64,000 nt of DNA from a virus (Duplodnaviria; Caudoviricetes). The position numbers and the translations under genes were made by a program. The first letter of the stretch is position 1, and the number at the start of each line of letters is the position of its first letter. The stretch spans positions 1 through 64,000 of the IMG/VR virus record IMGVR_UViG_3300025605_000004. One strand, written 5' to 3'. Under the pieces are notes generated by a model. The model had not been told where the DNA came from. It did no database searches and saw only the letters and a list, made by a program, of their open reading frames with translations. Shown here one piece after another: positions 1 to 8,556 of the stretch.

Positions 1-1
1 C

Positions 2-106
2 AGCCTACCAGACATGAAGATAATAGAGCAGATTGACGGAGTGACACCTATTGCCACATCTGCAAGTAGGACAAATAGCCGACTGCTCGAATTAGAAGAA
101 GATTAG
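2..106 (+). CDS. 3' end of a CDS truncated by the window edge
   Basis: Open frame from the window start to TAG at 104-106 (SLPDMKIIEQIDG...LEED*). Confidence 0.4.
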   Translation, partial: SLPDMKIIEQIDGVTPIATSASRTNSRLLELEED

Positions 107-115
107 ACTAGAGAC

Positions 116-144
116 TTGACCTAACCTTCGGCATCAGTTATAAT
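116..144 (+). promoter_or_regulatory. sigma70-type promoter, probably giving a leaderless mRNA
   Basis: TTGACC(116-121)-17 nt-TATAAT(139-144); ATG at 151 is 6 nt downstream with no SD. Confidence 0.8.
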
Positions 145-150
145 GCAAGT

Positions 151-735
151 ATGCTGAACGTCATACTTGCAAACGTCGGTGGCTCTATAGGGAAATCTGT
201 ATGCGAGGTGCTTGGGAAGCTTGCTTCAAAGGTGCCTAGCAATGGAGCCATACTCGACCTCAATTGTGGCGAAGGTAGGTCTACCCTCGTGCTTGCGGCG
301 GCCCTGGAAGCCAAGGGCAAAGATGCCCTGGTTATGGCCGTCGATACCCACATCATTAACCCGTTTTCTGAGACCCCTTACCAGGAAGGCACAGCCCTGA
401 AACTTCTGGTCAATGCTCGCAGGTTCCGGTTGGCTCACAAGGTTGTCCCTATCGTCTGTGCTGCGGATGTAGCCGGGCGAGTGTTGGGCAAACGAGCGGC
501 CAACCTTGTAGTTGTTCAGTCGCCTAAAACCGTTCACAGTATATTCTCCGCAGACGCCGTTGCTCAGGCCATCGAGGTCGGCAAGGTGGCGTTGAGGTCA
601 AACGGGGCCATTGCGCTCGTGTGCCCCAATCCTGCCTGTCGGAATGAGTTCAACGCCATCGCTGCCAGCCACTTCGGAAAAGGCTATGTGAACGTCGTGA
701 ACGGCGAGGACATTAAGGTGTTCGAGGCAGCTTGA
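151..735 (+). CDS. Class I SAM-dependent methyltransferase-like protein (Methyltransf_24-like), possibly inactive
   Basis: Motif I-like ILDLNCGEGRST, then VMAVDTH and a later LRSNGAIAL; the usual IDGxH motif is not present. Confidence 0.65.
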   Translation: MLNVILANVGGSIGKSVCEVLGKLASKVPSNGAILDLNCGEGRSTLVLAAALEAKGKDALVMAVDTHIINPFSETPYQEGTALKLLVNARRFRLAHKVVPIVCAADVAGRVLGKRAANLVVVQSPKTVHSIFSADAVAQAIEVGKVALRSNGAIALVCPNPACRNEFNAIAASHFGKGYVNVVNGEDIKVFEAA

Positions 736-736
736 C

Positions 737-930
737 GTGTGGGTTTGAATATCATAGAGATGGTGTCGGTAGCTTCAATATCAGACAAAAGTATCTGGGA
801 GAAATCCCAGTAGTTGGGCTTATGGCATGCCCCATAGGGCTAAGGTACAAACCTCATGCTCTATGTAGCTCGGTGGTTGTATGATTGCCGAGAAAGAATC
901 CCCCGGATTTATCCGTGGGGAGAATGTCAA
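737..930 (+). mobile_element. IS200/IS605-family remnant: tnpB 3' fragment plus right end (omega-RNA scaffold region)
   Basis: 738-884 translates as CGFEYHRDGVGSFNIRQKYLG...* (TnpB Zn-ribbon/RuvC-III HRD..NI); right-end hairpin GAATCCCCCGGATTTATCCGTGGGGAG followed by TGTCAA(925-930); TTGAC at 732-736 immediately 5'. Confidence 0.85.
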
Positions 931-994
931 CCGTGGAAAGGTTCACCGTCTGCTGGAACCACGGTAGTCAAAGGAACGGAAAGGAGGTACCTTC

Positions 995-1324
995 GTGGAG
1001 GAACTATACAGCAAGTGGCTCACCCCTGAGTATGCGGCGATGATTGCGGTTATCGCCTTCACACTCAAGATACTGTTCGTGCCCATAGTTAAGGGGTTCA
1101 TCCCCGAGACGCATTATAAGGGTTACACCCCTGTTCTGATTGCGTTCATCGGTGCCGTCATCTTGAGCTTCCTGTTCAAGGTGTCTATGGGCGTGGGTGC
1201 GTGGGACGTTAAAGACATCGTCATGACGCTATTTGTGGCCGTCTTCTCTGCTACTTCTGCAATTGGTCTTAACGTAACTACTCAGGCCATGCAGGGCAAG
1301 AACGTATCCATTAATGACGGGTAA
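995..1324 (+). CDS. Membrane protein, holin-like
   Basis: 109 aa with three hydrophobic segments; AGGAGG SD before a GTG start. Confidence 0.55.
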   Translation: MEELYSKWLTPEYAAMIAVIAFTLKILFVPIVKGFIPETHYKGYTPVLIAFIGAVILSFLFKVSMGVGAWDVKDIVMTLFVAVFSATSAIGLNVTTQAMQGKNVSINDG

Positions 1325-1330
1325 CTAGAC

Positions 1331-1708
1331 ATGATACAGGAACACCCCTTCCCATTTTGGTGCTCTGAGCAGGCGGTGACATATACGGAGTTACAAGCTA
1401 TCTGCCGGGAAAAGTACCGACGAGAAGGGCCAGCCCTGATTGAACGGTGCAAGCAGAACATCGAAAGGTATGGTCGGATGACCGACAGACGGGAAGCCCT
1501 GAATGTGCTGCTTGCACTGGACAACGACAGTTTAGAGTTGTCGGCTCAAAACTCGATATGGATTGACTTTTCAGTGGCCGTCTTCGTTGTGCTGCTCTTA
1601 CCTTCTAGGTCGAGCATAGCGTGGACGGCCCAATATCTTAGGGACATATTTAACTCTACGCTCAGGAGAATAGAGAATGGTGATACAGAATGCACAGCAA
1701 TCAACTGA
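1331..1708 (+). CDS. Hypothetical protein
   Basis: Fits the packed + strand gene run. Confidence 0.55.
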   Translation: MIQEHPFPFWCSEQAVTYTELQAICREKYRREGPALIERCKQNIERYGRMTDRREALNVLLALDNDSLELSAQNSIWIDFSVAVFVVLLLPSRSSIAWTAQYLRDIFNSTLRRIENGDTECTAIN

Positions 1709-2051
1709 GATGACACCGGAACCGAAGGTCATCCAGATTGAGGTTCCTGGCAACTCAGCACTATGGTACTTCGAGGGTGGCGTTAAGACTGCCATCGAGA
1801 CGATGGAGACGACTAAACACTACCTGGAGAACTCGGGTGACTCGGCTGGAGTCGAGAGGATGAATGAGGCCCTGTCTTCGATGACGGCCCTGCTCGACGT
1901 GACCCGTCAAGTGAAAACCGACCTCATGACCGAGGCTAATCAGCGGGCTATGGCGTCAGTGGCGGCTCAACACCAGCAGGAACATCCCAATGGCGTTGCG
2001 GCAGACTTTGCTCCAAGGATAGAGGAAGCTACTGAGGCTGAGGACGAATAG
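1677..2051 (+). CDS. Hypothetical protein
   Basis: SD-like AGGAG upstream; converges on the minus-strand operon. Confidence 0.6.
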   Translation: MVIQNAQQSTEMTPEPKVIQIEVPGNSALWYFEGGVKTAIETMETTKHYLENSGDSAGVERMNEALSSMTALLDVTRQVKTDLMTEANQRAMASVAAQHQQEHPNGVAADFAPRIEEATEAEDE

Positions 2052-2679
2052 CTGCCCGTAGGCGGGCGTGAAGCTCTTTCTGCCTTTCTTCGGAAAGCTC
2101 TTTGACCCTCTGTTCAATCGGGTCTACACCTTCATCTTCTGGCTTTATAACCTCTTTCTTATCCAGTGTGAGGCCCTGGAGTTGAGTTAGCTGGTTGACC
2201 ACATTCATCTTCAGGGTCAGCATCCTGGCTTTATCAGCAGACGTTGCCCCCATCATCGCTTCCTCAATCTCGGCCTTCAGCTTTAGAAGCTCGGAGACCA
2301 TCCGGCCCCTGGCAATCTCCCTTTCCTCGGGCGTCATCACCCGTCCGAGATTCTGCCATTCGGAGTTCAGAGCTTCCAGGTGCTCCTCGACATCCTCCTT
2401 GCCCATCGCCAAGACCGAGGCAATTTCCTCGGCAGGGAGCCGATACAAGACAAACAACTGCTCTATTTTAGAACGTGTGGGCAGATTCGGCTTGATACCA
2501 TATTCAACCCAGATACGTTCGTTGAAGGTGAAGCCCATATCGTCGTCATCTGTTACCTGGGGAAATAGACGGGGCCTGCGGCCCTGTTGGGCCGCCTCCA
2601 ATACCTCCATCTCCGGGTCAAACTCCTCGGAAGTGGGGTCTATTCTTTTACGTTTTCTGATGTTGCTAACTTCAGACAT
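2029..2679 (-). CDS. HTH protein, candidate terminase small subunit
   Basis: HTH-like PAEEIASVLAMGKEDVEEHL followed by helical segments ending QLTQLQGL, a TerS-like layout; start overlaps the primase stop. Confidence 0.5.
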   Translation of the reverse strand: MSEVSNIRKRKRIDPTSEEFDPEMEVLEAAQQGRRPRLFPQVTDDDDMGFTFNERIWVEYGIKPNLPTRSKIEQLFVLYRLPAEEIASVLAMGKEDVEEHLEALNSEWQNLGRVMTPEEREIARGRMVSELLKLKAEIEEAMMGATSADKARMLTLKMNVVNQLTQLQGLTLDKKEVIKPEDEGVDPIEQRVKELSEERQKELHARLRAAIRPQPQ

Positions 2680-5461
2680 CCTCGAATCCTTCTGCGCCTT
2701 TCCACTGGTCGATGTTTATGCCATAGCGTTCCCGCACCTTGGACAGGTCTATTTGGACACAGGATTTGGTGAAATATGGATGGTTCGGGAAGCCCATGAC
2801 CGGAGAGTTTTCCTCCCCTGCGTGGTCTTTGAGCAGTTCCAAGAATTGTGTCTTGTCTGTAAGGGCAGCCGCAGACGACATGTTTCCACCATACCCAGTC
2901 AGATGCCTGAACCAGCGGCCAGTATCGAAGTAGGCTATACTACGGTCTTCAGTGTCATAGGTAAACACATAACCCTCAAGCGAGGTATTCTGCCTAAGAG
3001 CATTCATGATGGCAAAGTCGGTGGCCTCGAACAGGGTACGCATTGTCTCAGTGTCATACTCTCCTGCGTCTGCCAGTTGAGTATCTGCTGTATACAGTGA
3101 CTCTCTGAGCAACTTGTCGGTAAGTGGGTAGTGTAAGCCGTAGTGCTTGTAGATAGCTTTTAGCAGGAAGTGCCCCGCAACAATACCGACGAATGTCTTA
3201 AACTTCCTATCCACCTTTCTAATCGGACAGGTAGCATCTACCCAAGCAATGGCGTCTGATATGATGTCATTCACCTTGTCAAAATTGTTTCCTACCCAGT
3301 GAATGATAATCTGACCCATTTTACCGATGTTATCCGGGTTGTTACTCGCGTATAGCCATTCTCTCTCCAATCTTAGTCGTCTTTGTTCTTCTAATGGTAG
3401 GGTCTTGATATGGTTCAAGTGAGCGCGATTTAGACGGATGGTAAAGCTTCGCTGGGTGCAAGCTTCATCCGAATAATAGCTCTCCCCAATTATACACAGC
3501 GGTGTGGCGAAATCGCCTTTCACCAGCTTTTGACTCGATGTACCCGAGGCTGTGCCATTCCGGTCGAATAGACACCGAACGATGGCTTGTAAGTCTTTAG
3601 CCTTCTTGTCATCTTGCACCCTACCGTCAATTCTGAACTCATCGAGCACGAACGGGCAGATGTTGTTAGACAGTAGCATAGTCCTGACAGCATAGGCCGT
3701 CGTGCCAGGATATGAGTGAACTTTCATGTGGCCAAAGTGCGGCCCCAAGATGTGTTCAAACAGGTCGGTCTTACCAGAACCAGACAGACCACAGACTTGC
3801 AAAATTGGGAAGCCATGTTGTTTTTGCCAGATAAGTTCCGAAATCATAGCTCCGGCGAACCATCCCAGAGACGGCCAAATGAATCGAGGCTCGTGGAAGT
3901 TGGCATAGTATCGAGCAAACTTATCCAGATATTCAATTGCGTCTTCCGTGGTCGGGCAGCGAGCATATATTTCAGGCCGAGCCGTGTCTTCCCCACCCGT
4001 CCATACATAGTTCTCATGAGGTATACCAGGTAACAATAGAGTTGGTTTCCCTTTATCGGCATCGAGAATACCATACATCCGTGATTCCAACATCGTTATT
4101 GGTGGGCAAGTAGTATCCAACCACGCAATATACTTGTTCCAGAGGGCAGGTACTAGCACGGATAGCCCTACAGGAACATCGGTATTGAACTTTTGCCACG
4201 TGGATAGTTTCTCGGCGGGAATCTCTACCACAGTTGGTTGGTCACCTTGTTTTTTGATACAAGCCAACCAACTAGTCTGGTGGGTGTCAGCTTTAACTAC
4301 CTTACCTTTAAGTTCCACGATGAAATTACTGAAGATGGCTGGTTGTCCATCTGCACCGTTGTACCATGTTTGTAAGTCTCGGTGTATGAAGTCTCCCTCG
4401 GGAGTCTGGGGTGCGGTCGGGTCGTAGTTTTCAGGTATAAACTCGAATCCGCGCTTCTTGCAGTATATCTTCTTCAGTTTGACCCAAAAGGCAACCGCTT
4501 CATCCACTGCCTCATGGACTTCTGGATACTCAGAGTAGAGAGTAGCAATCCCCTCCATCGGGTTTTCATAGGTGGTGGCAACTGCTGTGAGCCGGTCGTC
4601 AACTTCCTGGTCTTCGTAGTATTGGCAGACCTCTTTACACAGGTTTTCGCAGGCCCCCCGGTTAATTCCGGCCTTGCGAACAGTGCCCGCAAGATATAGA
4701 TGTAAGTCGTGCCTGTTACCCCTGTCATAAATGTCTGCAAGCGCACGATTAACCGCAAAGAGAACGAGTCTCGGCACTATATCCGGGTCTGTCTTGAACC
4801 GGTTGCGAAGTTCTTTTAGTGTATAAACATTGTCCCGGTAGATACGGGCCTGGGCCATGTAGTGTGTGTCATACTCAGGCTTAACATTCAGGCTGCCTGG
4901 AAGCCTCATCAGGTTTCCGAGTCTAACAACCTTGTCGTCTCCGCCATAATACAGCATCATGTCCCACAGGATAGGAGCTATGGTCTCTTTGAATAGCTCC
5001 TTATCACCGTTCACCTCAAAAGGTTCATCCAGTTTGAAGAATGCCTGAATGCCATTCTTCGATGAACGAGTGAAACAGGAGACCTCCTCCGTATCTTTCA
5101 GTTCTCCGTAGAACTCATCGCCTGGAATCCCGAGTTCCTTACAGCCGTCAATGTCAACCCACAGAGCCGGAATACTTACGGTGTTAAGTTGATTGCTCTT
5201 TTCTTCTCTTGTTCTTGTAGTCGCCGTGCAAAAGACCATGCCCCACAGGTGGCCTTGTTCCGACCAGAAGGAGTTGTCAATCTTCTCCGGTCTGGAAAAC
5301 GAGGCTGGACGAACCTCAAGTTTTCCTTGCCTTGCCTCCATCGGGTCGGATGAGGGTCGCTGCCGTAGGACATATATAAAGCCGTCTGGTTTTTCCCCAA
5401 AAAACCATGATAAGAAGTCAATTGCATGAGCGACATCTGGTGCAGTCTTCAAAGTCATCAA
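2672..5461 (-). CDS. Primase-helicase: RepB-like AEP primase plus C-terminal P-loop helicase (DUF927-like)
   Basis: ALWVDID, SSKNGIQAFF and LMRLPGSLN primase motifs; Walker A GLSGSGKT; Walker B FVLDEF. Confidence 0.85.
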   Translation of the reverse strand: MMTLKTAPDVAHAIDFLSWFFGEKPDGFIYVLRQRPSSDPMEARQGKLEVRPASFSRPEKIDNSFWSEQGHLWGMVFCTATTRTREEKSNQLNTVSIPALWVDIDGCKELGIPGDEFYGELKDTEEVSCFTRSSKNGIQAFFKLDEPFEVNGDKELFKETIAPILWDMMLYYGGDDKVVRLGNLMRLPGSLNVKPEYDTHYMAQARIYRDNVYTLKELRNRFKTDPDIVPRLVLFAVNRALADIYDRGNRHDLHLYLAGTVRKAGINRGACENLCKEVCQYYEDQEVDDRLTAVATTYENPMEGIATLYSEYPEVHEAVDEAVAFWVKLKKIYCKKRGFEFIPENYDPTAPQTPEGDFIHRDLQTWYNGADGQPAIFSNFIVELKGKVVKADTHQTSWLACIKKQGDQPTVVEIPAEKLSTWQKFNTDVPVGLSVLVPALWNKYIAWLDTTCPPITMLESRMYGILDADKGKPTLLLPGIPHENYVWTGGEDTARPEIYARCPTTEDAIEYLDKFARYYANFHEPRFIWPSLGWFAGAMISELIWQKQHGFPILQVCGLSGSGKTDLFEHILGPHFGHMKVHSYPGTTAYAVRTMLLSNNICPFVLDEFRIDGRVQDDKKAKDLQAIVRCLFDRNGTASGTSSQKLVKGDFATPLCIIGESYYSDEACTQRSFTIRLNRAHLNHIKTLPLEEQRRLRLEREWLYASNNPDNIGKMGQIIIHWVGNNFDKVNDIISDAIAWVDATCPIRKVDRKFKTFVGIVAGHFLLKAIYKHYGLHYPLTDKLLRESLYTADTQLADAGEYDTETMRTLFEATDFAIMNALRQNTSLEGYVFTYDTEDRSIAYFDTGRWFRHLTGYGGNMSSAAALTDKTQFLELLKDHAGEENSPVMGFPNHPYFTKSCVQIDLSKVRERYGINIDQWKGAEGFEDV

Positions 5462-5555
5462 GTGGCCTCTTCTTCAGTGTTGTGCGTAATTATCATTATA
5501 CACAATTTTCTGGACTTGTGAAGTACCCACTTGGGAAACAGGTAATCGTACCAGC

Positions 5556-5584
5556 TTGACTGTCGATGATTGTCGAGGTATACT
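5556..5584 (+). promoter_or_regulatory. sigma70-type promoter of the replication operon, divergent from the primase gene
   Basis: TTGACT-17 nt-TATACT; a minus-strand TATAAT lies at 5495-5500. Confidence 0.75.
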
Positions 5585-5593
5585 CATAATGCA

Positions 5594-7189
5594 ATGATAC
5601 GACTTCCAATGTGGGATAAACAGAAAGAATCCCTACGCACCTTAAAGCGCAGGTCGAGGGAGGGCAAAGGTAACTGTCTTTTCGCCGAGATGGGCACAGG
5701 TAAGTCCAGAACGGTAGTCCACTGGATAGAGTGGCTATTCGGCAAGGGCTGTAAACTCTGCTACATCGTTGGGCCTCTCTCGGCTCTCCACGTCTGGGTT
5801 GCGGAGTGGGATTTATGGGCCACTTACCCAGTCGCATTTATTGACCTCCACGAGACCGGTTCTGCCGGTATACGGGAGGCACGGCGACTTGCGAAGGGCG
5901 GTTATCCTGTTATTTGTCTGGTCAATTATGAGGCCGCTTGGCAGATAGGAATGCAGCGGGTTAAGCGTATGCGCCACGGTGAGGAAGTCACCGTCCTAGA
6001 GAAGGCTGATACTACTCTCTCCGACATTCGATGGGACATAGGCATTCTCGATGAGAGCACTACCATCAAAACACCGGGGAGTAAGGTATCGAAGTTCTTC
6101 AGGCGCAAGATGGCACCAAGAACCACACATCGGTTGGTGATGACCGGCAGTGCATACACGAAGCGGCCTTTGGACGTGTGGGCACAGGTCAACTTCGCCT
6201 GCGGTGCCGAAGTATTTCCGCCCATTTATGCCCCATTCCGAGCCATGTATGCTATCCCGCACCCCACTATTCGTGGAGCCATAGTCGGCTATCAGAATCT
6301 AGATGATTTTGTTAGCCGACTGTCCAAGTGTGCTATTCTCCTGAAGAAGTCTGATGTGCTTGACCTCCCTCCGGTGGTTCACGAGACTCGGCAGGTACCC
6401 CTTTCTTCCAAGAGTCGGCGTATCTACGATGAACTCAAGGATGAGATGGTAGCCGAGCTTAAGGCGACTGAGGTCAGAAGTGCCGAATACAAGGCCCTTA
6501 AAGCTCAGTTTGAAAAGCTCGATGAGGAAGACCCTGAAGCTCAGGCCATAGCTGAGAGAATGGAGGAATTGAAGGCCGAGGGGCCTGTGACCATCACGGC
6601 AGAGCACGTATTCACCAGGATACAGAAACTCGGCCAGATATGCTCAGGCTTCATTTACCCTGACCCCACAGAGGTCGATGAGCGGGGCAGACCTATTCGA
6701 CCTGAAGCCATTCGGCTTGGAACTGAGAAGCTGTCTGTTCTGATGGAAGTCCTGGAGAATCGGGCAGGAGAGCCAACCATCATCGTTACGCAGATGGACG
6801 AGGAAGAAAAGATAATCTCCGAGGCCGTGAAGAAGCATTTCAAGTTCACTCCTAAGATACTGAACGGTTCCGTGACTGGGGCCGAGGCTCGCCACAACAT
6901 GATTGCGGCTGCGGCCAAAGACCCCTGTTTCATAGTTAAACAGTCGGTCGGTGCCCGTGGAGTCGATATGCGGTGGGCTGACATGATTATATTCTTCAGC
7001 CACAACTACAACACCGAGTTCTACGAGCAGATGCTTGCTCGCAATCATAGAGGTGGTCAAACTAAGCCGATTACTTATCTTCACATCCTTGCTCGTGACA
7101 CCGTTGATATGAAGATAATGCGGGCACTGGAGAGAGACCTGAACCTTGCACGGTCTATAGAGCATGATTGGCGGGAGTTGTTCACATGA
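5594..7189 (+). CDS. SNF2-family (SF2) helicase
   Basis: AEMGTGKS, ILDES, MTGS, GARGVDM and QMLARNHRGGQ motifs; start moved to ATG 5594, downstream of the promoter. Confidence 0.9.
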   Translation: MIRLPMWDKQKESLRTLKRRSREGKGNCLFAEMGTGKSRTVVHWIEWLFGKGCKLCYIVGPLSALHVWVAEWDLWATYPVAFIDLHETGSAGIREARRLAKGGYPVICLVNYEAAWQIGMQRVKRMRHGEEVTVLEKADTTLSDIRWDIGILDESTTIKTPGSKVSKFFRRKMAPRTTHRLVMTGSAYTKRPLDVWAQVNFACGAEVFPPIYAPFRAMYAIPHPTIRGAIVGYQNLDDFVSRLSKCAILLKKSDVLDLPPVVHETRQVPLSSKSRRIYDELKDEMVAELKATEVRSAEYKALKAQFEKLDEEDPEAQAIAERMEELKAEGPVTITAEHVFTRIQKLGQICSGFIYPDPTEVDERGRPIRPEAIRLGTEKLSVLMEVLENRAGEPTIIVTQMDEEEKIISEAVKKHFKFTPKILNGSVTGAEARHNMIAAAAKDPCFIVKQSVGARGVDMRWADMIIFFSHNYNTEFYEQMLARNHRGGQTKPITYLHILARDTVDMKIMRALERDLNLARSIEHDWRELFT

Positions 7190-7440
7190 GCAAAGTTGAG
7201 AATTGCCCGGCCAATGTGGTTATCCGAGACAAGGATGGTAACGAGTTTCGCTGCAAGGGCCGTTACTATGGTGACGGTCGGGTTCTTGTGGAACATGAGG
7301 GTCGTTTACTTATGTGCGACCCATCATGCTTTCACGATGATGACCCTAAGCGACTTTTCGACTATCATAAAGACCGCTGGACAAAGTATAGAATATCGTC
7401 TATACTCTTGGTATCGACATTCATCCGCAAAAACAAGTAA
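7186..7440 (+). CDS. Hypothetical protein
   Basis: ATGA overlap with the helicase stop; GGAG SD. Confidence 0.55.
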   Translation: MSKVENCPANVVIRDKDGNEFRCKGRYYGDGRVLVEHEGRLLMCDPSCFHDDDPKRLFDYHKDRWTKYRISSILLVSTFIRKNK

Positions 7441-7520
7441 CAGTACTAGGTGACTTTTCAAGTCGGATAATGTATACTGCTTCATGTTAGGCAACTCATC
7501 ATATCGCTGGAGGTAAACGA

Positions 7521-8453
7521 ATGAGCAACAAAGAACTGCTTAGGTTTTGCAACCTGAGCGAAGACAAGCAGGCGACGAAGATGGAAGCCCTCCGGGAGAA
7601 CATCCTCGAAGAGGAAGACTTCCGTTTTCCTCGTATCAAGCTTGACTCCAGGAAGCCTCGCTACGAGCTTCCTATGCCCGTAAAGGGTGACCCTGACAAC
7701 TGCGAGATAGAGCCGTCCTTCCAGGGTGTCGTTCTGCTCGCAAAGAAGAACTTCTACCAATCCGATGAGGATAGGGAAGCAGGCAAAGACCCGAAGGAAA
7801 AGAGGGCACTCTATATCCTTCGCCTGGGCCGCTATGTGCCTGACCTGTTCTACATCAGCCCCACGGCTGTTCGGAACTGGAAGTACTTCGTCCGCGACGT
7901 CGTGAAGGGTGGTTACGAGTACTTCGGTGTTCTGGTAGAGTTCTCCGCTGAGGTTGTCCGAGGCGATAAGTATACCTGGAGCAAGCCCAAGTTTTCCGTG
8001 GTTCGCACCCTGACTGACGAGGAGTACGCTCACGTTACAGAGCTTCGCGATATTATCAGTGAGCGTGTTTCCCAGTGGGAGGCTGACGCCGACCTCGACA
8101 AGTACGAGGATGAGGCACTGTCGGTTGACCGCAAGAGCGACAGGGTTGAAGAAGTCGATGACGAGCGGCAGATGCGGAAGCGGCAGGCCGAGGTCGAGGA
8201 TGACGATGAGGAGACCCCAGCATCCCCGGTCGGCGGCAGAGGCAAGGGTAAGCCCAAGTTCGATGAGGATGAGGAGGATGAGAAGCCTCGAAAGGCTGCA
8301 TCCCGCAAGCAGGAAGACGACGACGAAGACGATGAGCCGAAAGGCAAATCCAAGTCTCGCTCTCGCAAGCAGGAAGACGACGACGAAGACGATGAGCCGA
8401 AAGGCAAGTCCAAGAAGGGTTCCTATCCCTCTCTTGACGACGATGAAGACTAG
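7521..8453 (+). CDS. Probable ssDNA-binding protein with long acidic, repetitive C-terminal tail
   Basis: GGAGG SD; located between helicase and polymerase; beta-rich core and D/E/K-rich tail. Confidence 0.55.
   Translation: MSNKELLRFCNLSEDKQATKMEALRENILEEEDFRFPRIKLDSRKPRYELPMPVKGDPDNCEIEPSFQGVVLLAKKNFYQSDEDREAGKDPKEKRALYILRLGRYVPDLFYISPTAVRNWKYFVRDVVKGGYEYFGVLVEFSAEVVRGDKYTWSKPKFSVVRTLTDEEYAHVTELRDIISERVSQWEADADLDKYEDEALSVDRKSDRVEEVDDERQMRKRQAEVEDDDEETPASPVGGRGKGKPKFDEDEEDEKPRKAASRKQEDDDEDDEPKGKSKSRSRKQEDDDEDDEPKGKSKKGSYPSLDDDED
8304..8414 (+). repeat. 60-bp-period in-frame tandem duplication (RKQEDDDEDDEPKGKSK twice)
   Basis: CGCAAGCAGGAAGACGACGACGAAGACGATGAGCCGAAAGGCAA at 8304 and 8364. 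Confidence 0.95.
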
Positions 8454-8482
8454 CATCGTCGGTCTTGTCTGAGATTCTTCGC

Positions 8483-8539
8483 AGGCCCGGAAATGCTACG
8501 GCTGCCTCCGGGCCTTCTTATCATTATTTTTTTTTTTTT
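8483..8539 (+). terminator. Hairpin followed by a T-rich tract including a T13 homopolymer
   Basis: AGGCCCGGA...TCCGGGCCT stem (8483-8515); T13 at 8527-8539. Confidence 0.6.
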
Positions 8540-8556
8540 ACTGCTGACGAGAGCCT

